Notes: generated by a model from the letters alone, not told the origin. A stretch of DNA of 32,000 bases from Desulfotalea psychrophila LSv54 (GCF_000025945.1 NC_006138.1:1830001-1862000), one strand, 5' to 3'; counted from the first letter of the stretch, positions 16,128 to 23,031 are shown. Numbers and translations are program-made.

Positions 16128-16903
16128 TTATTTGTCAGCCTGGGCACTAAAGAGGGCACCGGCGGTGTAGGCAGAGGTCGTCACCCCTGTATCCCCGACA
16201 TAGCAAATGTTACAAAATCCCGCTTCAAGCATATACTCTATTTGGTCTCCTACAGAGACCGCGCCGCCTATTCAGTTTGACCAGGCGGCTGCTCCCTTCA
16301 TCTCCGTGGGCAGTTTTTTCCGCAGAACAATATCAGCAAACTGTAGCTTTCCTTGTGGCTTGAGTACGCGAAACACCTCGGCGAAGAGGAGTGTCTTTTG
16401 CAAGGAGAGGTTGAATACGCCATTGGAGATGACCAGATCAAAGGAGTTATCGGCAAAGGGCAAGACCTCATCTTTGCTGGTCAGAGCCCGGCAGTTCTTC
16501 AGGCCCAGCCTCTTAAAATTGTTATTTGCCAGCTTTACCATCTCCGCATTGAGATCCACTCCGTAGATCTTTGCCGTCTTGCCCAGGGTCTTGCTGGCAA
16601 TAATCATATCCAGACCACTACCACAACCAATGTCGAGGAGGCTCTTGTTTTTGGATGTGTCCGGCAGAAAAGGATTTCCCACCCCGCAAAAAGAGTCGAT
16701 AATCTCCTTTGGCAGTTCCTGATAAAGAGTCTCGTTGTAGTCGTGCAACAGTAGCCCGGCCCCTCCCGTAGGGTAGGAGAAAAATCCTTCAGGTGATTTT
16801 AGGGCAACCTTGGTGAATTTTTCCTGGATACTGGCCTGAATATCAGCTCTCTCCTGTGTCGCGAGAGTCTTTTGTTGTTTTTCCTGGTTCGGATAAGGTT
16901 CAT
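16128..16903 (-). CDS. ArsM/UbiE-like SAM-dependent methyltransferase; candidate selenoprotein (in-frame TGA at 16272-16274) with an apparent 1-nt frame problem near its 5' end
   Basis: Core ORF 16272-16748: FCGVGNPF, LLDIGCGSGLDMIIAS (SAM motif I), YGVDLNAEMV, FDLVISNGVFNL, VLKPQGKLQFADIV. After ...GAAAWSN-TGA the same frame continues for 47 codons: IGGAVSVGDQIEYMLEAGFCNICYVGDTGVTTSAYTAGALFSAQADK-TAA. From memory, this matches the ArsM-type ...W..C-I-G-G-A...AGF C-terminus, with TGA at the Cys position. Upstream, the frame is open to 16937 with family-like sequence (ERADIQASIQEKFTKVALKSPEGFFSYPTGGAG), but the only RBS-linked ATG (16901-16903) is offset by one base. Confidence 0.6.
16244..16260 (-). 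other. SECIS-like hairpin 11 nt downstream of the in-frame UGA
   Basis: The mRNA reads UGA-AUAGGCGGCGC-GGUCUC-UGUAG-GAGACC: a 6-bp perfect stem and a 5-nt apical loop containing GU. The spacing fits the bacterial SECIS geometry known from E. coli fdhF. Confidence 0.45.
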
Positions 16904-17022
16904 GACTCCTGCTTCCAGCAGGAACTATTGTCGGGCTTCAACCAGATGAACATGTATTGATTGGCATCATATCTCTCTAAAAGGTTTTGCCCCAGCACAC
17001 CTCTCTCGCCAAGGGGAGGTTT

Positions 17023-17155
17023 GGTAGAGACGTCGATTTATCGCGTCTCATTTGCACTGGAGGGTATATCGGAGACGCGATAAATTACCCCACGGGTTTG
17101 TAAATGGGGTGATCTTGAAGCAGTGGTTAACTGTTTTTTCTGACAGCTGATAGCT
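17023..17155 (+). repeat. Dispersed palindromic repeat, copy C (full length: both hairpin modules plus the tail module)
   Basis: GGTAGAGACGTCGATTTATCGCGTCTCATTTGCACTGGAGGGTATATCGGAGACGCGATAAATTACCCCACGGGTTTGTAAATGGGGTGATCTTGAAGCAGTGGTTAACTGTTTTTTCTGACAGCTGATAGCT. Ends 10 nt from the reconstructed HAD stop codon (17166-17168). Confidence 0.85.
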
Positions 17156-17165
17156 CCGCGCGGCC

Positions 17166-17810
17166 TTAAAAGGCACGCAAAAAAGCTTCGTCAACCTGAT
17201 CAAGATCTGTGATGAGCCGATCTGCCTGGCAAAAATCATGGTCCTTGGTGTAGGCGTTGGGGGGATGGCAATGCCCACCATTCCGGCATTCTTTGCCGCC
17301 AGCAGGCCGGGGCCGGAATCTTCAAAGGCCATGGCCTTTGCTGGTACTACTCCGAGCCTGGCACAGCTTGTTAGATAAATTTCGGGATGGGGTTTTCGTT
17401 CACTGACCATATCTCCACCGATGATCTCTTGAAAATATTTCAGTATCCATGACCTCAAGGATTTTACGCACCTCCTTTTCATGGGAGGAGGAGGCGAGGG
17501 CCAGAATCTTTCGTCGTAAAACCGCTCTAAAATTTCTCTGGCTCCCTGGCAGAGGCTGATTTGGGGAATAAGCCCCTATATAAACATCCTGTTTCTCCCT
17601 TATCAGATCCGTCTGAGATATTTGCCAGTTGCGGCTGCTGATATAGTCTGTTGCCACCTTTTCGTTGCTGGTGCCAATATAGGTCTCGAAGAGATCAAAG
17701 GTAAAGGGGCCTGCTCCATGCTTTTCCAGAATCTCCTTCCAGGCCATAAAATGGAGCTCTTCGCTATTTACCAGGGTGCCATCAAGGTCAAAGACCAGGG
17801 CTTCTATCAT
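17166..17810 (-). pseudogene. HAD-superfamily hydrolase (beta-phosphoglucomutase/phosphatase-like, subfamily IA) interrupted by two compensating frameshifts
   Basis: Frame a: MIEALVFDLDGTLVNSE (DxDGT motif I)...ILALASSSHEKEVRKILEVM. Frame b (about 17447 to 17262): ILKYFQEIIGGDMVSERKPHPEIYL...AFEDSGPGLLAAKNAGMVGIAIP. Back in frame a after the G6/C6 run at 17259-17264: NAYTKDHDFCQADRLITDLDQVDEAFLRAF-TAA (17166-17168). The track shows this gene as two overlapping ORFs, 17400-17810 and 17048-17482. Confidence 0.8.
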
Positions 17811-17833
17811 GTCGAATCCTCTTTAAATCGTGT

Positions 17834-18610
17834 TTACTGGGGACGAAGTACGGCAAGCACCCGTCCACTTTCCGTGTCTGCCTCTTTAAGTGTATAGTTA
17901 TTGTAGACCTTTTCCACAGAAAAACCACAGGACCCTATGATCTGGCGCCACTCCTCTTCTCGCAGGGCATTGATTCTGAAAACCCTTCGTTGATCTGAAT
18001 TGTGCCCACCCCGAATTCGCAGTCGATACCTCTCCTCGATCTCGATAAGGCCCTCTTCTGGCAGGTGGTGACGGATAATCTCCTTGACCAGACGCTCATC
18101 CCCCATATCAAAGATCTGAAACTGAAAGGTCTTCCCCTGTTGGAAAAGCGTCGACTCCTCCCTGAGGACGGCAAACTCTGCCAAAAAAACACCCCCTGCA
18201 AGCAGATGCCCATGCACAGAGCGGAGACATTTTTTGATGTCTTCTATCTCTGTCAGCAGATTAAGGACATTGTAGGGGGCAATGATGGCCGGAAAGCTGT
18301 CCAGCTGGAGCTGACGAATATCCATGCAATGTGTCTTCAGCTGGGGGCTCATCTCTCCTGCTCGCTTCAGCATGGAGGGGGAGAGATCCACCCCCGTTAG
18401 TTGCCATCCAGACTTTATCAGCGGCTGACTGAGCCTGCCTGCACCGCAGCCCAGTTCAAGTACTCTGCCCTTCGCGGGCAGATGTTTTTCATAAAAGGCC
18501 AGATCCTCTTTGAACTGGCCCATCTCTAGTTGGTAAAAGGCCGTATAGCTCTCTTCGTCCAGTTCAGTAAACTGGTCTTCGGGCTCGTCATCATAGCTGT
18601 CATAGATCAT
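17834..18610 (-). CDS. Class I SAM-dependent methyltransferase
   Basis: 258 aa. SAM motif I VLELGCGAGRLSQPL, followed by TGVDLSPSMLKRA and IIAPYNVLNLL. Substrate not inferable. Confidence 0.85.
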   Translation of the reverse strand: MIYDSYDDEPEDQFTELDEESYTAFYQLEMGQFKEDLAFYEKHLPAKGRVLELGCGAGRLSQPLIKSGWQLTGVDLSPSMLKRAGEMSPQLKTHCMDIRQLQLDSFPAIIAPYNVLNLLTEIEDIKKCLRSVHGHLLAGGVFLAEFAVLREESTLFQQGKTFQFQIFDMGDERLVKEIIRHHLPEEGLIEIEERYRLRIRGGHNSDQRRVFRINALREEEWRQIIGSCGFSVEKVYNNYTLKEADTESGRVLAVLRPQ

Positions 18611-18731
18611 TGTATTATCTTGTAAGTGGGTGTTTCTTGATTAAGTGGTCTTTGTCGTGACAATAAAAAAGCTAAAAAACGATGAAAAATGCTTGCACAA
18701 AAAAAACGATTCCTGTAACTTAGGGTCAAGT

Positions 18732-18746
18732 TAATAATGATTATCA
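18732..18746. promoter_or_regulatory. Fur-family (PerR-type) operator upstream of the rubrerythrin gene
   Basis: TAATAAT-G-ATTATCA (6 of 7 palindromic positions) lies 24 nt upstream of the ATG. It contains the 12-mer TAATGATTATCA that also occurs at 12452-12463. Confidence 0.45.
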
Positions 18747-18769
18747 AATATAAATATAGGAGAAGTACA

Positions 18770-19321
18770 ATGCAAAAATATGTATGCACTATCTGTGGTT
18801 ATGTTCATGAAGGTGATTCCGCCCCTGTAAAATGTCCCCAGTGTAACGCACCGGCGGCAAAGTTTAAAGTACAAGACGCAAGTGCAGGACTTGCCTGGGC
18901 CGATGAGCATGTAATTGGCCTTGCAGAGGGTGTTGATCAGGAGATAGTTGAAGCTCTTCGTGCTAACTTTACCGGTGAGTGTACCGAGGTTGGTATGTAC
19001 CTTGCCATGAGTCGTCAGGCAGATCGTGAAGGTTTTCCTGAAGTTGCAGAGGCATATAAGCGTATTGCCTTTGAAGAGGCAGATCACGCAGCAAAATTTG
19101 CCGAGCTTCTCGGTGAAGTGGTGAGCAGCAGCACTAAGGCCAACCTCGAAGCTCGTCTTGCCGCAGAGCACGGTGCCTGTGAGGGTAAGAAGATTCTTGC
19201 CACCCGCGCCAAGGAACTGAATTACGACGCCATCCACGATACCGTTCACGAGATGTGTAAGGACGAAGCTCGTCATGGTCAGGCCTTTGCCGGTCTGCTC
19301 AAGCGCTATTTTAAAGGCTAG
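18770..19321 (+). CDS. rbr: Reverse rubrerythrin: N-terminal rubredoxin-like Cx2C...Cx2C domain and C-terminal diiron four-helix bundle
   Basis: [28 protein letters not shown], then the ferritin-like motifs [26 protein letters not shown] and [18 protein letters not shown] at 18758-18762. Start taken at ATG 18770 rather than 18737. Confidence 0.92.
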   Translation: MQKYVCTICGYVHEGDSAPVKCPQCNAPAAKFKVQDASAGLAWADEHVIGLAEGVDQEIVEALRANFTGECTEVGMYLAMSRQADREGFPEVAEAYKRIAFEEADHAAKFAELLGEVVSSSTKANLEARLAAEHGACEGKKILATRAKELNYDAIHDTVHEMCKDEARHGQAFAGLLKRYFKG

Positions 19322-19388
19322 TCTGCTTCATCCTTAGCCCGTGTCATTTAAAAGGGTCGATATCCTCTCAACCCTTGACATAAAAAAA

Positions 19389-19437
19389 GAGCATTTTCAA
19401 AGAGATCTTCATCTCCTGAAAATGCTCTTTTTGTTTC
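19389..19437 (+). terminator. Intrinsic terminator of the rubrerythrin gene
   Basis: AGAGCATTTTC (19389-19399) pairs with GAAAATGCTCT (19419-19429), followed by TTTTGTTT. The loop is 19 nt. Confidence 0.7.
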
Positions 19438-19473
19438 ATGGGATAAAATTGATCGTATCTCTGGACGATGCAG

Positions 19474-19528
19474 TTGGCGCCGGTTTTCCCAAAATTAATC
19501 GGAAAAAATTTGCTTAAGGTTGGTATTG
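19474..19528 (+). repeat. 55-bp direct repeat, copy 1
   Basis: TTGGCGCCGGTTTTCCCAAAATTAATCGGAAAAAATTTGCTTAAGGTTGGTATTG aligns with 20050-20104 at about 82% identity (hand alignment). Confidence 0.7.
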
Positions 19529-19951
19529 CTTCTGAGAAGCACCCCACCCAGCCTCCCCTCACCAAGTATTAGTATCTACACATCTTGCCAGAAGCCAGTA
19601 AATCAAAGAGTTTCACCGATGTTTCTTGGCGCTTAATCATAAAATGAGAGAGCTACATTAACTTCGGAAAATTCTCCCCTTGGTAAGGGAGGTCCGGGGT
19701 TTGTTAAAAATCTCGGCAAATAAGCCAAGCATCATTTAGGCAGGGCCTTTTTGCTTACGCCAACTCTCCCCATGGCCCCGCTGATGATCCCCAGAGCCCC
19801 CTTGCCAAGGGCAAGAGCTCTTGCAAGGCTGCACCAGTTTCTCTATTTTCCCTCAACCCCCATTCATACGGGTATTGCAGAGCTTGTGTAGATATCAATG
19901 TTTAGTAAGGGGAGGAGTGGTAGAGGCAAGGTCAGCTCAACAGATAATTAC

Positions 19952-20017
19952 GAAGAATCGGGCTGGATCGGAAGAAGAATCGGGCGGGGTCGAAAAGAAA
20001 ATGAGGCTGGATCTAAT
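19952..20017 (+). repeat. Three tandem 22-bp repeats
   Basis: GAAGAATCGGGCTGGATCGGAA / GAAGAATCGGGCGGGGTCGAAA / AGAAAATGAGGCTGGATCTAAT. Confidence 0.75.
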
Positions 20018-20049
20018 CAGCCACCACCTTCTTTCCTCTACCCGTTCGC

Positions 20050-20104
20050 CTGGCGCTGGTTTCTCCAAAATTGATCGGAAAAGATTTGCTAACGGCTGCT
20101 ATTG
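20050..20104 (+). repeat. 55-bp direct repeat, copy 2 (overlaps the stop codon of the 132-aa ORF)
   Basis: CTGGCGCTGGTTTCTCCAAAATTGATCGGAAAAGATTTGCTAACGGCTGCTATTG. Confidence 0.7.
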
Positions 20105-20487
20105 ATAAGTCGTCCTGCCTTTTTGCCGCTGATCTGGGACTGGCTATATCCGGTAAGGGCAACCCGGCTCTCACCCATGCAGCGCATATTGTTCTTGAGC
20201 AGGGCCTGACTGTTTCTGGCTGCGGCAGTGATCTTTTTATTATGCTCAATAAGACGGGCAAGTATTTCATGAGCTTCATCAAGCTGATATGTTTCCTCTC
20301 TGGAAACAGTCTTATCCTTGATCTCCTCGGTGAGTTCAATAATATGATTCTGCAGGCGGAGATGCTTTTCAGAGTTCTTTTCGAGTTCATCCACCGTCAT
20401 GGTGGCAACCTGTTCTATCAAAAGGAGAGCAAGCTCTTCGGCCTGCCGACCATATTTAATAAGCTGGCTGATAGGGGATTCTTCCAT
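20089..20487 (-). CDS. Hypothetical helical protein at the distal end of the fliD-fliS unit (FliT/FlgN-position; possible export chaperone)
   Basis: 132 aa. Strong RBS (AGAGGAGG, 7 nt spacing) 14 nt after the fliS stop. The heptad-like sequence is rich in charged residues and Leu. Function is inferred from position only. Confidence 0.55.
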   Translation of the reverse strand: MEESPISQLIKYGRQAEELALLLIEQVATMTVDELEKNSEKHLRLQNHIIELTEEIKDKTVSREETYQLDEAHEILARLIEHNKKITAAARNSQALLKNNMRCMGESRVALTGYSQSQISGKKAGRLINSSR

Positions 20488-20501
20488 TGGCGCACCTCCT
20501 C

Positions 20502-21092
20502 TTAACGGGAAACAGAGAGCGGAGTGTAGCTCTCTGGCATCTGGGTAGGCTTGGCATAAGCACTTGTCGCAGATTTTGCAGGCTTAGGAGCATTGCCATA
20601 GGCGGCCATTCCAGCCCTGCCATGGGCGACCGCAGGTGTGGTGGCAATGGATGGTCGTTGGACACCACTATTTTTCCCGGCAGCAGGGATCTTCACCCCC
20701 CGTCCTTCTCGCAGTTCCTGATTATTCTTTTCCACAGCCTCGCCCCAGGTACCCCGCAGATCCACCAATAGGGCTTCCACACTCTCTAATTTTTCTAGAT
20801 CTGGCTTGATGGTGGCATCGTTCAGCTCCCTGATCATAAAGGCGTAGAGTGCATCGAGATCCTCGGCGATCTTGCCACCCTCTTCATGGTTCAGGGTATT
20901 GGAAAATTCGGTGACAATGGCCATGGTCTTATTAATTCCATAGCGCATCTCGGTGATATCATTTTCAGCAAGGCCGCCCTTGGCTCGACGTAGAAAACGA
21001 ATAGCTCCGTCATAGAGCATCAGGAGAATTTGTTCCGGTGAGGCTGTTTCGATCTGGTTTCGCTGATACTGATCCATCTTCTGTAGGCTCAT
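20502..21092 (-). CDS. fliS: Flagellin-specific chaperone FliS with a ~65-aa Ala/Pro/Lys-rich C-terminal extension
   Basis: MSLQKMDQYQRNQIETASPEQILLMLYDGAIRFLRRAK...ITEMRYGINKTMAIVTEF...LYAFMIRELNDA is a typical FliS four-helix core. ATG at 21092 with an AAGGAAG RBS. The tail GRGVKIPAAGKNSG...AKPTQMPESYTPLSVSR has no FliS counterpart. Confidence 0.88.
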   Translation of the reverse strand: MSLQKMDQYQRNQIETASPEQILLMLYDGAIRFLRRAKGGLAENDITEMRYGINKTMAIVTEFSNTLNHEEGGKIAEDLDALYAFMIRELNDATIKPDLEKLESVEALLVDLRGTWGEAVEKNNQELREGRGVKIPAAGKNSGVQRPSIATTPAVAHGRAGMAAYGNAPKPAKSATSAYAKPTQMPESYTPLSVSR

Positions 21093-21132
21093 AACTTCTT
21101 CCTTTCTATATTTCACCCCTAAGGAGCTTTTG

Positions 21133-22590
21133 CTATTTGCTCGTGCTATCGGTGAGATACTGGCTTATATAGCTGCTTTGGCTATTCATCTTGCTCACCA
21201 ACAGCTCAAGGGCAGTAAACTGGGCCCGATAACGTTTTTCTATGCTTTCAAGCTGGGTTTTCTGGTTGGCAATCTGCTTGTCTATTCGTTTGCCCGTAGC
21301 CTTATAGTGGCCTTTCTTTTCAGCATAGACCCCTCGGGTAGCGGAGGTCTGTTCAAGGAGTTTGCTGTTCAGCTTGTCCATGAGCCCATCTTTGCTGGCA
21401 TCGCCTGCAAAGAGAGTAACAACATCGCCATAGTTCTCATCAAGAGCCTTGTCCAGCTTGGTCTTGTTGACCAGCAAGGTGCCGTCTCTTTGGGTTTTAA
21501 TACCAATTTCACTGAGAATATTGAACTTGCTGGAATTATCAGCACTCTCACCGAGGATACTCTGCAACTCTCTCTTGGCCTTGTTCAGGGTGGGGTCACC
21601 CCGTAAGAGATTACTGAGTTTTTTTGATTTTTGTCCTGCCGCGGCTTCTTTTTCTGCGTCGCTACTGCTGGCGTCGATCTTCTTATCGTTCTCTGCCTTA
21701 TATTCATAACCAGAAACAATCCAGTCCATGGCCTTATTATAGGCCGAGACAAAACCTTCGATCTTCTCTTTCAGAGAATCGCTGTTGGCCGTGAGTTCAA
21801 CCACGGTGGTGGCATAGACTGCAGGCGTATCACCGTCTGCTGGGCTGATCACCTTGCTTACCTCGTTCAGGTTCAGGGTCAGTCCGCCAACAACGCCTTT
21901 TAGAGTGTTGCTGTTGCTCTGTATTTCAATACCATCCACATAGGCAATGGACTGTTGGGCAACGCTGGTGCGTGTATTGGCAAAATCCACGGTCTCCCCC
22001 TCAGCGCCCTTCACCTTCAGGTCGGTGCTAATGGTAAAGTCCGTGGAGGCATCTTTTCCGGCAAAGACCAGATGGTAATTATCCGTCTCCTTGCCATCGT
22101 TGATGATGGAGGCGGTCACCCCCGTCTTATCAGCCACGGAGTTGATGGCCTCCAGCATCCCATCAAGGTTGGTTTTATCGCCATCAAAGACGATTTTGGT
22201 ATCGTTAATGGTAAGATGACCATTGCTGAACATGGCCTCGCTCTGGCTGGAGACACCAGCTGTGACGTTTTTTTGTACCTGGGCCAGCTGGGTAACGGCA
22301 ACATTGTAGCTGCCCGTTGCCGCCCCGCTAGAGCTTGCCGACAGGGTGTCTTCGTTACTGAGCTTTACATCGGTTGTCCGCACATCGGAGGTGAGATGCA
22401 TGGCAGAGACGGATTCCCGTAACTCATCCAGCAGATCGTTATACTCTTCATAGGCCTCAAGGTGAGTGGCGTCGTTGGTTTTTTGTTTTTCCAGACGGTC
22501 AAGGGGTTTACTCTCAGCCTTCATCAGACCAGCGATTAAATCCTCGGTGGGCAGTCCCGTTGCCAAACCGCCAAAACTAATATCTCCCAT
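21133..22590 (-). CDS. fliD: Flagellar filament cap protein FliD (HAP2)
   Basis: 485 aa. N-terminus ISFGGLATGLPTEDLIAGLMKAESKPLDRL and C-terminus YRAQFTALELLVSKMNSQSSYISQ are typical FliD_N and FliD_C. Context flaG-fliD-fliS. Confidence 0.92.
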   Translation of the reverse strand: MGDISFGGLATGLPTEDLIAGLMKAESKPLDRLEKQKTNDATHLEAYEEYNDLLDELRESVSAMHLTSDVRTTDVKLSNEDTLSASSSGAATGSYNVAVTQLAQVQKNVTAGVSSQSEAMFSNGHLTINDTKIVFDGDKTNLDGMLEAINSVADKTGVTASIINDGKETDNYHLVFAGKDASTDFTISTDLKVKGAEGETVDFANTRTSVAQQSIAYVDGIEIQSNSNTLKGVVGGLTLNLNEVSKVISPADGDTPAVYATTVVELTANSDSLKEKIEGFVSAYNKAMDWIVSGYEYKAENDKKIDASSSDAEKEAAAGQKSKKLSNLLRGDPTLNKAKRELQSILGESADNSSKFNILSEIGIKTQRDGTLLVNKTKLDKALDENYGDVVTLFAGDASKDGLMDKLNSKLLEQTSATRGVYAEKKGHYKATGKRIDKQIANQKTQLESIEKRYRAQFTALELLVSKMNSQSSYISQYLTDSTSK

Positions 22591-22625
22591 AACCTTACTC
22601 CCTCAAGTGACTGATTCGTGATGAA

Positions 22626-22979
22626 TTATTTTTTTGTGTCGATGATATTTCCCTGTAGGCCGGCAAGTTGTTTTCTTAAATTCAAGATCTCCTCGCTGGG
22701 AACCTGCCGCAGTACTTCATCGGTCTTGGCATCAAGAATCTTTATAACCATAGAGTTAGAATCGACATTTTTTTCAAAACGAACGCTATAGAGACCATCT
22801 TCGGTGATGGACTTGATCTGATCGAGGAGTTCTTCGGGTTGCAGATCCTTCTGCTCATCGGCATCTGCCTGGGCCAGATCACTCTTTTCCTGGGCACGAC
22901 GTTTAAGATCAATCTCATCTGCGGGGCGCAGACTGTTTTGGTTGGAATTTCCTTGGATGGTGCTGCTGTCAACAATCAT
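22626..22979 (-). CDS. flaG: FlaG family flagellar protein
   Basis: 117 aa. C-terminal FlaG-type motif VRFEKNVDSNSMVIKILDAKTDEVLRQVPSEEILNL. GGGAGAA RBS. Lies between fliC and fliD. Confidence 0.85.
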   Translation of the reverse strand: MIVDSSTIQGNSNQNSLRPADEIDLKRRAQEKSDLAQADADEQKDLQPEELLDQIKSITEDGLYSVRFEKNVDSNSMVIKILDAKTDEVLRQVPSEEILNLRKQLAGLQGNIIDTKK

Positions 22980-22996
22980 TTCATTCTCCCTTGAGT

Positions 22997-23031
22997 AAAC
23001 AAAAACAGGGGTATAGAAAAACTATACCCCT
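22997..23031 (-). terminator. Intrinsic terminator or attenuator downstream of fliC, immediately upstream of the flaG RBS
   Basis: Minus strand: AGGGGTATAG-TTTTT-CTATACCCCT followed by GTTTTTGTTT. A 10-bp perfect stem (23007-23016 / 23022-23031). Confidence 0.65.

Noticed and set aside
15970-17155. Idea that gene-plus-3'-palindrome units are integron cassettes with attC sites
   Set aside because: No intI integrase, attI or Pc promoter is present. The elements lack the RYYYAAC/GTTRRRY core pairs: the only GTTAACC does not fit GTTRRRY. The same element follows the essential dnaE gene. A REP/MITE-like explanation fits better.
19368-20390. ORFs 19368-19565 (-), 19821-20105 (+) and 20013-20390 (-)
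   Set aside because: They are composed of terminator and repeat sequence or overlap the better-supported 20089-20487 ORF out of frame. They have no RBS and low-complexity products.
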